Below are positions 11,941 through 25,040 of a DNA stretch of 64,000 bases, one piece after another; position 1 is the stretch's first letter; every line of letters begins with the position of its first letter. A model generated the notes under the pieces. It made no database searches and was not told the DNA's origin. It saw only the letters and a program-made list of their open reading frames with translations. Source of the stretch: Mobula hypostoma (Eukaryota); NCBI RefSeq assembly GCF_963921235.1, contig NC_086097.1, positions 246,204,001-246,268,000 on the forward strand, given 5' to 3'. A program made the translations under genes and the position numbers.

Positions 11941-13146
11941 GGGTAAGAGTGGGCTCCCTCACCTCCACCTCTCTGACTCTCAATACAGGAGCCCCTCAGG
12001 GCTGTGTACTGAGTCACCTCCTTTACTCCCTGTATACTCATGACTGTGTCGCCACCCACAGCTCTAATCTGCTAATTAAATTTGCCGATGACACTACATT
12101 GATTGGCCTTATCTCAAACAATAACAAGGTGGCCTACAGGGAAGAAGTCATCTCTCTGACACAGTGGTGTCAAGGAAACAACCTCTCCCTCAATGTCACA
12201 AAAACAAAGGAGCTGGTTTTGGATGACAGGAGGAATGGAGACAGGTGTGTAAAAGGGCCCGGAGGATCACTGGGGACCCGAGTCACCCAACCACAATCTA
12301 TTCCAGCTGCTACCATCGGGGAAACGGTGGTGGCATCCGTTAGTCTCACGAGACCATGGATCTGTGCCTGGTTAGGGCACAGGCCTGGTCAATGTTGTAT
12401 GGAAGACCGGCAGTTGCCCATGCAACAAATCTCCCCTCTCCATGACACCGAGGTTGTCCAAGGGAAGGGCAAGGGCCGATACAGCTTGGCACCAATGTCA
12501 TCACAGGAGTTGCCAGAATGACGTTGAAGGCAACGTCGGACTTCCTTAGGGATTCCAGCTCTGGATTTGTCCTCAGGGTTTACTCCCAAAGCCTTTCCCA
12601 TGAGTGGGTATGGCCGTAATGCAACGGAAGTTAGAAATCAGAGTTTTCTCTCTCTTAGATGGACTGCCTTCCCAGGCTGACAAGCTCTATCTACCCGAAG
12701 GACTGGTTTTCAGGCACCAGGACCCGTCTTCGCCCCTTCTCCTGTCAGTAGAAACAGTTCCGCGGGCTTAGAGGCCAAGCCACACGAGAAGGCCAGGAGT
12801 TGGACTTGGTTGTCAGAGGCTATTTGAGGTGCATGCCGTGAGGAGCACTTTTGGGGTAGTGGGAGTTTGTCCCCACTATCACTACAACTCCTCGGCTTGA
12901 CAGCCTTAGAAATGCAGCATAAAAGCCAGGACCATCAGGCTCCGGGACAGCTTCTTCCACCAGGCCATCAGACTGATTAACTCACGCTGATTTGAGTGTA
13001 CTCTATATTACATTAACTGTTCTATTTATTATAAAGTGTTATAAAGTACTATGATTGCACAAATCATATTTAGACAGAGACGTAATGTAAAGATTTTTAC
13101 TCCTCATGTATGTGAAGGATGTAAGAAATAAAGTCAATTCAATTCA
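11941..13146 (+). mobile_element. Rex1/Babar-like LINE, internally deleted 3' part
   Basis: [41 protein letters not shown]; ends in an aataaagtcaattcaattcaa tail. Confidence 0.85.
12329..12912 (-). mobile_element. Non-autonomous RTE/Vingi-like retroposon (family A)
   Basis: Interrupts the Rex1 tail (gggaaacggt...gcagcataaaagccaggacc) and is homologous to 166-615. Confidence 0.6.
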
Positions 13147-13544
13147 AGGGCTATGGCGAGAAGGCAGGTGTGTGGGGTTTAGTGGGATCCGGGATCAGCC
13201 ATGATGGAATGGTAGAGCAAACTCGATGGGCTGAATGGCCTTATTCGGCTCCTATGTCTTATGGTCTTATGGTACAGACACTCCTGTACCTAACATCACT
13301 TTATGGACATACATTCAATCTATGTACGTATGCAAGTTACTTTGCGTGGTTTCCTTGAACAATTCTGTAAACAAACCCACAAACCTTGTACTAGCGGAAA
13401 TCTGCAAATTTAAGCAACACACACAAAATGCTGGAGGAACTCATTAGGCCAGGCTGCTTCCTAGTTGTGAGCCAATGCCAGCAAAATTCCAGACCACTAT
13501 GTCAGTGACGAGATTTCCTGCTCCACAGCACAAATGAATTTCCA

Positions 13545-16340
13545 AAACCAACAGCACAATACAGGTCCTTTGGCCCACAATGCTGTGCCAAACATGTACT
13601 TACTTTAGAAATTACCTAGGGTTACCCACAGCCCTCTATTTTTCTAAGCTCCATGTACCTACTCAGGAGTCTCTTAAAAGACCCTACTGCATCCGCCTCC
13701 ACCACCATCGCTGGCAGCCCATTCCATGCACTCTCCACTCTCTGAATAAAAACTTACCCCTGACATCTCTGTACCTACTTCCAAGCACCTTAAAACTGTG
13801 TCCTCTCGTGTTAGCCATTTCAGCTCTGGGAAAAAGCCTCTGACAATCCACACAATCAATGCCTCTCATCATCTTATACATAGAAACATAGAAAAACCTG
13901 CAGCACAACCTGCAGAGTTGTGCTGAACATGTCCCTACCTTAGAAATTACTAGGCTTACCCATAGCCCTCGATTGTTCTAAGCTCCATGTACCTATCCAA
14001 AAGTCTTTTAAAAGACCCTATCGTATCCGCCTCCACCACCATTGCCGGCAGCTCATTCCACGCACTCACCACTCTCTGAGTAAAAAACTTACCCCTGACA
14101 TCTCCTCTGTACCTACTCCCCAGCACCTTAAACCTGTGTCCTTTTGTGGCAACCATTTCAGCCCTGGGAAAAAGCCTCTGACTATCCACACGATCAATGC
14201 CTCTCATCATCTTATACACCTCTATCAGGTCACCTCTCATCCTCTGTCACTCCAAGGAGAAAAGGCCAAGTTCACTCAACCTATTCTAGTAAGGCATGCT
14301 CCCCAATCCAGGCATCATCCTTGTAAATCTCCTCAGCACCCTTTCTATGGCTTCCACTTCCTTCCTGTAGTGAGGCAACCAGAAATGAGCACAGTACTCC
14401 AAGTGGAGTCTGACCAGGGTCCTATATAGCTGCAACATTACCTCTTGGCTCCTAAATTCAATTCCACGATTAATGAAGGCCAATGCACCATACGCCTTCA
14501 TAACCACAGAGTCAACCTGCGCAGCAGCTTTGAGCGTCCAATGGGCTCGGACCCCAAGATCCCTCTGATCCTCCACACTGCCAAGAGTCTTACCATTAAT
14601 ACTATATTTTGCCATCATATTTGACCTACCAAAATGAATCACTTCACACTTATCTGGGTTGAACTCCATCTGCCACTTATCAGCCTAGTTTTGCATCCTA
14701 TCAATGACCCGCTGTAACCTCTGACAGCCCTCCACACTATCCACAACACCTCCAACCTTTGTGTCATCAGCAAACTTACTAACCCATCCCTCCACTTCCT
14801 CATCTAGGTCATTTATAAAAATCACGAGGAGTAAGGGTCCCAGAACAGATCCCTGAGGCACTGACCACTGGTGACTGACCTCCATGCAGAATATGACCCA
14901 TCTACAACCACTCTTTGCCTTCTGTGGGCAAGCCAATTCTGGATCCACAAAGCAAGGTCCCCTTGGATCCCATGCCTCCTTACTTTCTCAATAAGCCTTG
15001 CATGGGGTACCTTATCAAATGCCTTGCTGAAATCCATATACACTACATCCACGGCTCTACCTTCATCGATGTGTTTAGTCACATCCTCAAAAAATTCAAT
15101 CAGGCTCGTAAGGCACAACCTGACTTTCACAAAGCCATGCTGACTAGGCCTAATCATATTATACCTCTCCAATTGTTCATAAAACCTGTCTCTCAGGATC
15201 TTCTCCATCAACTTACTAACCACTGAAGTAAGACTCACTGGTCTATAATTTCCTGGGCTATCTCTACTCCCTTTCTTGAATAAGGGAACATCAGCAACCC
15301 TCCAATCCTCCAGAACCTCTCCCGTCCCCATTGATGATGCAAAGATCATTGCTAGAGGCTCAGCAATCTCCTCCCTTGCCTCCCACAGTAGCCTGGGACA
15401 TATCTCATTTGGTCCCGGTGACTTATCCAACTTGATGCTTTCCAAAATCTCCAGCATATCCTTTTTCTTAATGTCTGTATGCTCAAGCTTTTCAGTCCGC
15501 TGTAAGTCATCCCTACAATCACCAAGATAGTTTTCCGTAGAGAATACTGAAGCAAAGTATTCATTAAGTACCTCCGCTATCTCCTCTGGTTCCATACGCA
15601 CTTTTCCACTGTCACCCTTGAATGGTCCTATTTTCTTACGTCTATCCTCTTGCTTTTCACATACTTGTAGAATGCCTTGGGGTTTTCCTGAATCCTGCTT
15701 GCGAAGGCCTTCTCATGGCCCCTTCTGGCTCTCCTAATTTTATTCTTAAGCTCCTTCCTGCTAGCCTTATAAATTTCTAGATCTCTGTCATTACCTAGTT
15801 TTTTGAACCTTTCGTAAGCTTTTCTTTTCTTCTTGACTAGATTTTCAACATCTTTTGTACATTATGGTTCCTGCACTCTACCATCCTTTCCCTGTCTCAC
15901 TGGAACATACCTGGGGTACTCTCTCGTATCTGACTCTTGCCCCTCTGTCTCCTGACTGTTACCCACTGAGTCCCTGGTGTGACTACTTACCTGTAGCTCC
16001 TGTCTATCACCTCCTCATTTTCCCTGACCAGACAAAGGTGAGCAAGCTGCCCCTCCAGTTCCCTAACGTGGTCCCTAAGGAGCTGGAGCTCAACGCACCT
16101 GTTGCAGATGTGGCTGTCCAGGAGGCTGAAAGTCTCCCAGACATCCCACATCCAACACCCAATACAGAACACAAGCATCACAGGCATAATTCCTATTTCT
16201 ATATTTCACAAATAACTTACCTCGCCTTGCCCCGTTATCGCCTAAGCCCCGTTGAGCCAAAGCCCTCCTACTTTGACTCCCTCTTTTTTGTCACCCGCTC
16301 TATAGAGCTGTTTTTTAAAAAATTCTTCCTGCCGGTCTAA
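13545..16340 (-). mobile_element. CR1 LINE with ORF1 remnant, internal deletion and tandem second 3' end
   Basis: RT ORFs at 14822-15601, 14685-14948 (SKFADD), 14286-14669 and 13956-14240. ORF1-like Cys/leucine-zipper peptide at 15987-16187. A homologous 3' end is repeated at 13545-13878. Confidence 0.9.
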
Positions 16341-16974
16341 CTCGTTATTGTTTTTTTTTTATTTTTGTGTTCTTCATCTTATTGTGTTTTTTTTTGTGTT
16401 GCTTGGGTCCGAAGTAACAATTATTTCATTCTCCTTTACACTTGCGTACTGGAAATGACATTAGGCAATGTTGAATCTTGAATTTTGTTGTGCATAACAT
16501 TGCTATTAGAACATTATTAGCATATTGAAAAATTGTTTGACAAACTTTTTTGCTGTTTGAAGAACAGCCAAGTGCTGTTCCCAACACTTTGGCCTCTCAG
16601 AGGGTTAAAACACAGTTTTGACAAGCAATTTTCTTTCCCTTTTAAAAATGCACCCAGCACTTATGTTCTTGTTCTTGAAGTCACTATGCTGCCAAGCATG
16701 AACTCTTAATTGGAAGAAAGGCAACACGCTAACCATATCACCAACATACCCTGCCACCAACCAGGCAGAAAAATACATATTTTCTTTGATGCTTCAACAA
16801 ATGCTACCAAATTTTAAAAAATAACTTATAAGCAGGGATGGTGGAATGCTCCGGAAGTTTTTCCAGGGTAAACACCCTACTGTGCCAATGAGCTCAGTGG
16901 CCCATATCTAGTAGACAGCTGCAAAGTTCCCTGTAACACGTTCACACTGATGCAAGATATTAATATTCAGCATC

Positions 16975-17440
16975 CTCTGGAGACGGTCCAGAGGAGCTCC
17001 ATGAGAATGATCCAGGGAAAGAGATGAGGACTGTTTGACTGTCTGGGCCTATACCTGCTGGAGTTTAGAAGAACGAGGGGGGATCTCACTGAAGCCTACT
17101 GAATATTGAAAGGCCTGGATAGAGTGGATGTGGAGAGTAAGTTTCCTACGCTGGAGAGTCTAGGACCAGAGGGGACAGAGTCAGAATAGAGGACATCCCA
17201 TTAGAACAGAGATATGGAGGAATTTCTTTAGCCAGGAGGTGGCAAATCTGTGGAATTCATTGCCACAGACTTTTGTGGAGGTAACGTCATTGGGTATATG
17301 TAAGGTGGTGATTGCAAGGTTCTTCAATAGTCAGGGCATCAAAGGCTATGGGGAGTAGACAGAATGAGGTTCAGAGGGAAAATAAATCAGCCATGATGGA
17401 AAGGCAGAGCATACTTGAGGGGCTGAATGGCCTAATTCTC
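16975..17440 (+). mobile_element. CR1 LINE 3' fragment
   Basis: LEFRRTRGDL and ANLWNSLPQ motifs plus CR1 3' UTR. Confidence 0.8.
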
Positions 17441-18075
17441 AAAGTTTCAAGTAAATTTATTATCAAAGTACATATGTGTCACCATATATAACCCTGAGAT
17501 TTGTTTCCTTGCAGGCATACTCAGTAAGTCTAAGAACCATAATAAGATCAATGGAAGACTGTACTCAAAAAGGCGAACAACCAGTGCACAAAAGACAACA
17601 AACTGAGCAAATACAAGAGAGAGAGAGAGAGACATTATAAATAAATAAATAAACACACAAATACATAAACAAACAAACAATAATGAGACAGTCAGATGAA
17701 GAGTCCTTGAAGGTAAGCCCATAGGTTGTAGGAACATTTCAGTGTTGGGGTGAGTGAAGTTGAGCAAGATTATCCCCACTGTTTTAAGAGCCTGGTGGTT
17801 GAGGGGTAGTAACTGTTCCCGAACCTGGTGGGGTGAGTCCTGAGGCTCCTGTACTTCTTTCCCGATGGCAGCAGCGGGAAGACAGCATGACCTGGGTGGT
17901 GGGGGTCCCTGATGATTGACGCTGCTTTCCTGCTGTAACCCTCTGTGTAGATATGCCCAATGGAGAAGGCTTTACCCATTATCCACTACTTTCTGTCGAA
18001 TCTTCCGTTCAAGGGTGTTGGTATTTCCATACCAGGCTGTGATGTAACCAGTCAATATACTCTCCACCACATGAT
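17441..18075 (-). mobile_element. Rex1/Babar-like 3' fragment
   Basis: KAASIIRDPHHPGHAVF.LLPSG motif, with tail tactttgataataaatttacttgaa. Confidence 0.7.
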
Positions 18076-18089
18076 CTGCAGCAGTTTGT

Positions 18090-21000
18090 CAAAGTACGAG
18101 CAGCACACACAAAACGTTGCAACTAAGCAGGCTGGACAATAAGCTGTGCGAACTGAGAGCCGGAATCTACTACCAGTGGGAAACAAAGGAATGTAATGTT
18201 TTGTGCCTCGTGGAGACCTTGCTGATGGAGGAGATACCAGATCATGCCATCGAGTCCTCTGGGTTCTCCCTGTTCCAGGCGGACAGGTGTAAAAACCTCT
18301 CTGGGAAGAGTAAAAGAGGCGGGGTATGCTTTATGGTCAATAATGCTTGGTGTTGCCCTCAAATCCTTTTGTTCCCCGGATCTGGAGTACCTGGTGCTGC
18401 TTTGTAGACCTTTCTGGCTGCCTAGGGAGTTCACACTGTTATTATCACAGCCGTGTATATTCCGCCACAGGCTGATACTGACCTGGCTCTCAAGGAACTG
18501 TACGAGACCATCAGCACCTTGAGACTGCACACCCAGAGGCTACTTTCATCGTCACCGGTGACTTTAATAGAGCGTTGCAGTCTAAAGTCTCTCAGAAGTT
18601 TTACCAACACATCCAGGTGAGCACACGGGGAGACAGCATACACGACCACTGCTACCCTCCCTTCCGCAACGCTTACAAAGCACTCCTCTGACTCCATTTG
18701 GAAAATCAGATCATTCTTCCATTTTCCTGTGCCAAAGTACAGGCAGAAGCTGAAAAAGGAGGCGACCACAGTTAAAACAGTCCACTGTCGGTCCGACCAA
18801 TCAGCTTTCATGCTGCAGCACAGCTTTGATGACGTTGACTGGAATGTCTTCCAAGATAAGGATGTCTCCAAGTTCACGAAAGGGGTCACGAGATTTATCC
18901 AGAAATGCATTGAGAATGTTGTCTCCCAGAAATTGGTCAAGATTTTCCCAAATCAGAAATCCTGGATCAACAGTTCCGTACGAGCAGTACTAACCATGAG
19001 AGACAAAGCTTACACTGGCAGTAATCAACGTGAACTCAAGAAATGAAACCACGATCTGTACAAAGTCATCAAGGCAGCGAAACAACACAGACACAAGATT
19101 CAGACTCAACTCTCCACCAACAACACACACAGCTTATGGCATGGTCTGCACACCATCGCAGACTTCAAGGCTAAATGCAGTGAAGTTTCCAACATCGACA
19201 CCTCTCTTCCAGATGAGCTAAATGTTTTTTCACTTGATTCGATGTCGCCAATACTGAGCCCCTGAGGAGACTTGCAGATGATGCAGCAGGCAGCTTGGTC
19301 ATCTCTGAGGCCGAAGCACGCAGGTGTTTCCAACGGGTGGACCGCGGGACCGGACGGCATCCCAGGGCGAGTGCTCAGGATGTGCATGGCACAACTGGCA
19401 GGTGCGTTTACAGACATTTTTAATCTCTCCCTTCCCCAGTGCAGAGTGCCCTGCTGCTTCAAAACATCCACCATTGTCCCTGTACATAAAAACACCACGG
19501 TAACATGCCTGAACGACTGGTGTCCTGTCGCACTCATTTCAATCATAAGCAAATGCTTTGAGAGGCTGGTCAAGGACTACATCTGCAGCCTGCTGCCACC
19601 CACACTGGACCCCCTACAATTTGCCTACCAACACAACCGATCAACAGATGACACAATAGCCACAGCTCTACACACTGTCCTTACACTCCTGGAGACAAGG
19701 GATGCTTATGTGAGAATACTGTTCTTGGTCTACAGTTCAGCATTTAACACCATAATTCCCTCCAGACTTGACAAGAAGCTCAGAGATCTCGGCCTTCACC
19801 CTGCCTTGTGTAGGTGGATCCTGGACTTCCTGTCAGATCACCGGCAGGTGGTAAGAGTGGGCTCCCTCACCTCTGCCCCTCTGTCCCACAACACAGGTGC
19901 CCCTCAGGACTGTGTACTAAGCCCCCTACTTTACTCTCTGTATACCCATGACTGCGTCGCCACCCACAGCTCCAATTTGCTGATGACACTACACTGATTT
20001 GCCTAATCTCAAATAATAATGAGGCAGCCTACAGAGAGGAAGTCATCACCCTGACACAGTGGTGTCAAGAAAACAACCTCTCCCTTGATGTCGCAAAAAA
20101 AAAGGAGCTGGTTGTGGACTACAGGAAGAATGGAGAAAGGTTAACCCGTGTTAACATCAATGGATCTAGGATTGAGAGGGTGAACTGCTTTAAGTTCCTC
20201 GGCATAAGCATCACCGAGAACTTCACGTGGTCTGTACATACCGGCTGTATGATGAAAAAGGCACAAAAGCGCCTCTTTCACCCCAGATGGTTGAAGAAGT
20301 TTGGTATGGCCCTTTTTTGACTTCTCCAGTGCGTTCAACACCATCCGTCCTGCTCTGCTGGGGGAGAAGCTGACAGCGATGCAGGTGGATGCTACCCTGG
20401 TGTCATGGATTCTTGATTACCTGACTGGCAGACCACAGTACGTGTGCTTGCAACACTGTGCGTCCGACAGAGTGATCAGCAGCACTGGGGCTCCACAGGG
20501 GACTGTCTTGTCTCCCTTTCTCTTCACCATTTACACCTCGGACTTCAACTACTGCACAAAGTCTTGTCATCTTCAGAAGTTTTCGGATGACCCTGCCATA
20601 GTTGGATGCATCAGCAAGGGAGATGAGGTTGAGTACAGGGCTACTGTAGGAAACCTTGTCACATGGTGTGAGCAGAATTATCTGCAGCTTAACGTGAAAA
20701 AGACTAAGGAGCTGGTGGTAGACCTGAGGAGAGCTAAGGTACCGGTGACCCCTGTTTCCATCCAGGGGGTCAGTGTGGACATGGTGGAGGATTACAAATA
20801 CCTGGGGATACGAATTGACAATAAACTGGACTGGTCAAAGAACACTGAGGCTGTCTACAAGAAGGGTCAGAGCCGTCTCTATTTCCTGAGGAGACTGAGG
20901 TCCTTTAACATCTGCCGGACGATGCTGAGGATGTTCTACAGTCTGTGCTGGCCAGTGCTATCATGTTTGCTGTTGTGTGCTGGGGCAGCAGGCTGAGGGT

Positions 21001-21972
21001 AGCAGACACCAACAGAATTAACAAACTCATTCGTAAGGCCAGTGATGTTGTGGGGATGGAACTGGACTCTCTGATGGTGGTGTCTGAAAAGAGGATGCTG
21101 TCTAAGTTGCATGCCATCTTGGACAATGTCTCCCTTCCACTACATAATGTACTGGTTGGGCACAGGAGCACATTCAGCCAGAGACTCATTCCACCGAGAT
21201 GCAACACAGAGCGTCATAGGAAGTCATTCCTGCCTGTGGCCATCAAACTTTACAACTCCTCCCTTGGAGGGTCAGGCACCCTGTGCCAATAGGCTGGTCC
21301 TGGACTTATTTCATAATTTACTGGCATAATTTATATATTAATATTTAACTATTTATGGTTCTATTACTATTTATTATTTATGGTGCAACTGTAACAAAAA
21401 CCAATTTCCCCCTGGGATCAATAAAGCATGACTATGACTATGACTATGGCTATGACTAAATCCTAAGAACTTTCTATAGGGGCACAATTGAGAGCATCCT
21501 GACTGGCTGCATCACTGCCTGGTATAGGAACTGTACTTCCCTCAGTCGCAGGACTCTGCAGAGAGTGGTGCGGACAGCCCAGCGCATCTGTAGATGTGAG
21601 CTTCCCACTATTCAGGATATTTACAAAGATAGGTGTATAAAAAGGGCCCGAAGGATCATTGGAGACCTGAGTCACGCCAACCACGAACTGTTCCAGCTGC
21701 TAACATCGGGGAAACAGTACCGCAGCATAAAAGCCAGGACCAACAGGCTCCAGGACAGCTTCTACCACCAGGCCATCAGACTGCTTAATTCATGCTGACA
21801 CAACTGTATTTCTATGTTATATTGGCTGTCCTGTTGTACATAATACATAATACTTATTATAAATTACTATAATTGCACATTGCACATTTAGACGGAGATG
21901 TAATGTAAAGATTTTTACTCCTCATGTATATGAAGGATGTAAGTAATGAAGTCAATTCAATTCAATTCAATT
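18090..21972 (+). mobile_element. Rex1/Babar-like LINE (APE plus RT), decayed, split by a nested insertion
   Basis: [46 protein letters not shown] and [21 protein letters not shown] motifs. Resumes at 21458; (caatt)n tail. Confidence 0.9.
20313..21457 (+). mobile_element. Second Rex1/Babar subfamily, 5'-truncated, (TATGAC)n tail
   Basis: FFDFSSAFNTI...GAPQGTVLSPFLFTIYTSD...QKFSDD; tail atgactatgactatgactatggctatgact. Confidence 0.9.
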
Positions 21973-22410
21973 CTATGGAAAAGAGTACAGTTGACATTTC
22001 GGGCTGAGACCCTTCATCAGGATTGGAAAAAAGAGATTAGAAGTCAGAGTAAGAAAATGGGGGGAGGAAGGGAAGAAGTACAAAGTTGTAGGAGATAGGT
22101 AAGACTGAGGGGGGGTGCTGTTAAGTCAATTGGTGAAAGAGATAAAGGGCTGGAGAAGGGGAAATCGGATAGGAGAGCAGAGGGCAGAAGACCATGGAAG
22201 AAAGGGAAGGAGGAGGAGCACCAGAGGGAGGTGATGGGCAGGTAAGGAGATAAGGTGAGAGAGGGAAATGGGAATGGGGAAAGGTGAAGTGGGGGGCATT
22301 ACTGGAAGTTCAAGAATTCAATAATCATGCCATCAGGTTGGATGCTGAGTTCTCCAGCATTTTGTGTGTAATGCTTTGATTTCCGGCATCTGCAGATTTT
22401 CTCTTGTTTA
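21973..22410 (-). mobile_element. Penelope-like 3' fragment with hammerhead motif
   Basis: Minus strand reads caacctgatggcatga, then a pyrimidine tract, then ccaatcCTGATGAagggtctcagcccGAAAtgtcaactg. Confidence 0.7.
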
Positions 22411-22723
22411 TCAAAGTATTAGTTGGCACTCCGAATCTTTGCAAGCTCCGAGAGAAGTAGTCGTGTTGCCGTGCCTTCTTTGTAATTGCACTTATGTGCT
22501 GGCCCAGCACAGGCTCTCTGAAATAATAACACTGAGGAATTTAAAATTGTTGACCCTCTCCACCTCTGATCCTCCGACGAGGACTGGCTCATGGACTTCC
22601 AGCTTCCTCCTTCTGAAGTCAATAATCAGCTGCTTGGTTTTGCTGAGATTGAGTGAAAGATTGTTGATGTGCACCACTTAGCTAGATCTTCATTCTCCCT
22701 CCGATTCATCACCATCCTCCGAT

Positions 22724-23395
22724 CAAGATGGTGCCAGCGAATAACGATTCCTTGGGCGACATCTCCCAGTTAGCCTATCTCTTCAATTATCTCACTCCCT
22801 CTACGTCTTCTACTTGTTCTTTTTGTCTTGATTTCCTTTCAGAAACCATTGGAGCCTGTGATGTGCGGTTTGGAATTTGATCAAATGACCTAGCACTCTG
22901 CTGTCCCCGGAGAGGACCAGGAGCACGACCTGCCTCGTAGAGAAGACCAGAGACGGGGCGTGGGGCCATAACTGACTCTATTTCAAAGCGTCGAGGAAGA
23001 CTGAAGATCTGAGGCGAATGCGGAGGAGGTCAGCGGTAGTCGGTGGCGTTCAGACCCGACGTGGTGGTTGCTTTTCACGGAAGGACTGAGTTCACGCGGC
23101 CGCCCTCCTCAATGCTGACGGGAGGATGGTTTCGAAATTCTGAGATTTATGTGATTATTGAACTGTAGTTTATATTGCTCCCCTGCAGTTTTGAATTTTC
23201 TGTCTTGTTGCTGAGTGGTGGGTGGGCGATATGTTACTTTGTGTGTGACGGAGGGGTTAGGGATTTGGGGTCCACTGTTCTTGTTGCTGTATTTCTGTGT
23301 GTGAGAGAGGGTGTTGGGGGTTTGGGGTTTTTGATATTTCAGCTGCCATGTTCCGGGTGGGCAATCTGTTGGATTTTGTGCGAGGTAAGGGGTTT
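22724..23395 (+). mobile_element. Non-coding LINE-5'UTR-like repeat (related copy at about 53620-54220)
   Basis: Starts with caagatggtgcc (YY1-like) and shares gagacggggcgtggggcc...cgaggaaga(c/t)tgaag with 53644-53700. Confidence 0.45.
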
Positions 23396-23729
23396 CGGTA
23401 ACTTTATTATCAAAATACGTATATGCCACGATATATGCCCCAGTGATTCATTTTCAAGAAATACAATAGAATTAATGAAAAACTAAGCACAAAGACAGAA
23501 AAACAACTAATATGCAAAATACAAATTGTGCAGATACAAAAAAATCAAATAATAATATTGATGATCCATTATTACAGGTTATTTTTTGAGCAGCGGCCAA
23601 TCCGAAATCCGAAGCCTGAGATGACGTAGCTCATTCAGGTTTGCCGATTGAGTAGATAAGGCAGAGATTCACAGCATTTTGGGGTTTTGAGCAGCAGGCA
23701 ATCAGCAATCAGGATTGACTGGAAAGAAC

Positions 23730-24635
23730 AAATGATCTGGATGATAACATGGTTAATGGAATCAACAAATTTACAGATGATACCAAGATTGTGGGTGTAG
23801 TGGACAGCGAGGAATACTATCAGAGCTTGCAGCAGGATCTGGACCAGCTGGAAGAATGGTAGATGGAATTTAATGCAGACAAGTGCGAGACTAGGGTAGA
23901 TCTTACACAGTGAATGGTAGGGCACTGAGGAGTGTAGTATATCAAAGAGATCTAGGAATACAGGTCCATAATTCATTGAAAGTGGCGTCACAAGTAGATA
24001 GGGTTGTAAAGAAAGCTTTTGGCACCTTGGCCTTCATAAATCAAAGTATGGAGTACAGGAGAAGGGATGTTATGTTGAAGTTCTATTAGACATTAGTGAG
24101 GCTTAATTTGGAGTATAGTGTGCAGTTTGGGTCACCTACCAACAGGAAATATGTAAATAAGGTTGAAAGGATCCAGAGAAAACTTACAAAGATGTTGGCA
24201 GGACTGGAGGACCTGAGTCCTAAGGAAAGATTGAATAGGTTAGGAATGTACTCCTTGGAACGTAGAAACTTGAGGAGAGATTTGATAGAGTTATACAAAA
24301 TTATGAGAGGTATGGATAGGGTAGGTACAAACAGGCTTTTCCCACTGAGGTTGGATGGGACTACAATTAGAGGTTATGGGTTAAGGGTGAAAGGTGAAAC
24401 GTTTAATGGTAACATGAGGAGAAACCTCTTCACTCAAGAGGGTCATGAGAGTGTGGAATGAGCTGCCAGCGCAAGAGGTGCATGCAAGCTCAATTTCCAA
24501 GTTTAAGAGAAGTTCGGACAGGTACATGGATGGTAGGGGTATGGAAAGCTATGGTCCCGGTGCAGGTTGATGGGAGTAGGCAGTTTAAATGGCCGAAGGG
24601 CCTGTTTCTGTGCTGTACTTCTCTATGACTCTATA
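23730..24635 (+). mobile_element. CR1 LINE 3' fragment
   Basis: RLNLEYSVQFGSP...ERIQRKLTKML...LERRNLRRDLIELYKIM; tail ttctctatgactctat. Confidence 0.85.
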
Positions 24636-25040
24636 GAATAATCCACAATATCCATCCAGATATAATATTACAGGATAAAGAGGCAAGAAAACCTTACTTA
24701 ATAGATATAGTCATTCCAAACACACACAACATACAGAAATCAGTAAGTGAAAAACACCAGAAATATGCTGAATTAAAAGAGGAAATTGAAAGACTATGGA
24801 ACATGATCAAGGTATACATTGTCCTAATGGTAATATCTACCACTGGTATCATCCCAAAGTCACGACACTATTGTGTAAAAAATTAGGGCTACACAGTAAT
24901 ATTTATATCAATCTTCAGAAAGCCACAATACTAAACACCACTTGAAGAGTCCTGAAATTCCTAGCAATTGAGAAATGAGTGTACCTCAGATCTTACAATT
25001 TCAGCTGAGAAAAAAGTAAAAATATAATAATAATAATAGG
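24636..25040 (+). mobile_element. Dong/R4-clade non-LTR element 3' fragment (restriction-like endonuclease)
   Basis: HPDIILQDKEARKPYLIDIVIPNTHNIQKSVSEKHQKYAELKEEIERLWNM...ISTTGIIPKS (PD-x-D...K.KY motif); ends in a (TAA)n run. Confidence 0.8.

Larger units (their letters stand above)
9146..13271 (+). mobile_element. CR1 LINE, long decayed ORF2 (APE endonuclease plus RT), with nested insertions
   Basis: LNARNI.NK, EPLGDSDHNMIEF, NVTPLFKKGGRQKKGNYRPVS, VAKFADD and LYKTLVR motifs with many stops and frameshifts. The 3' UTR resumes at 13147. Confidence 0.9.
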
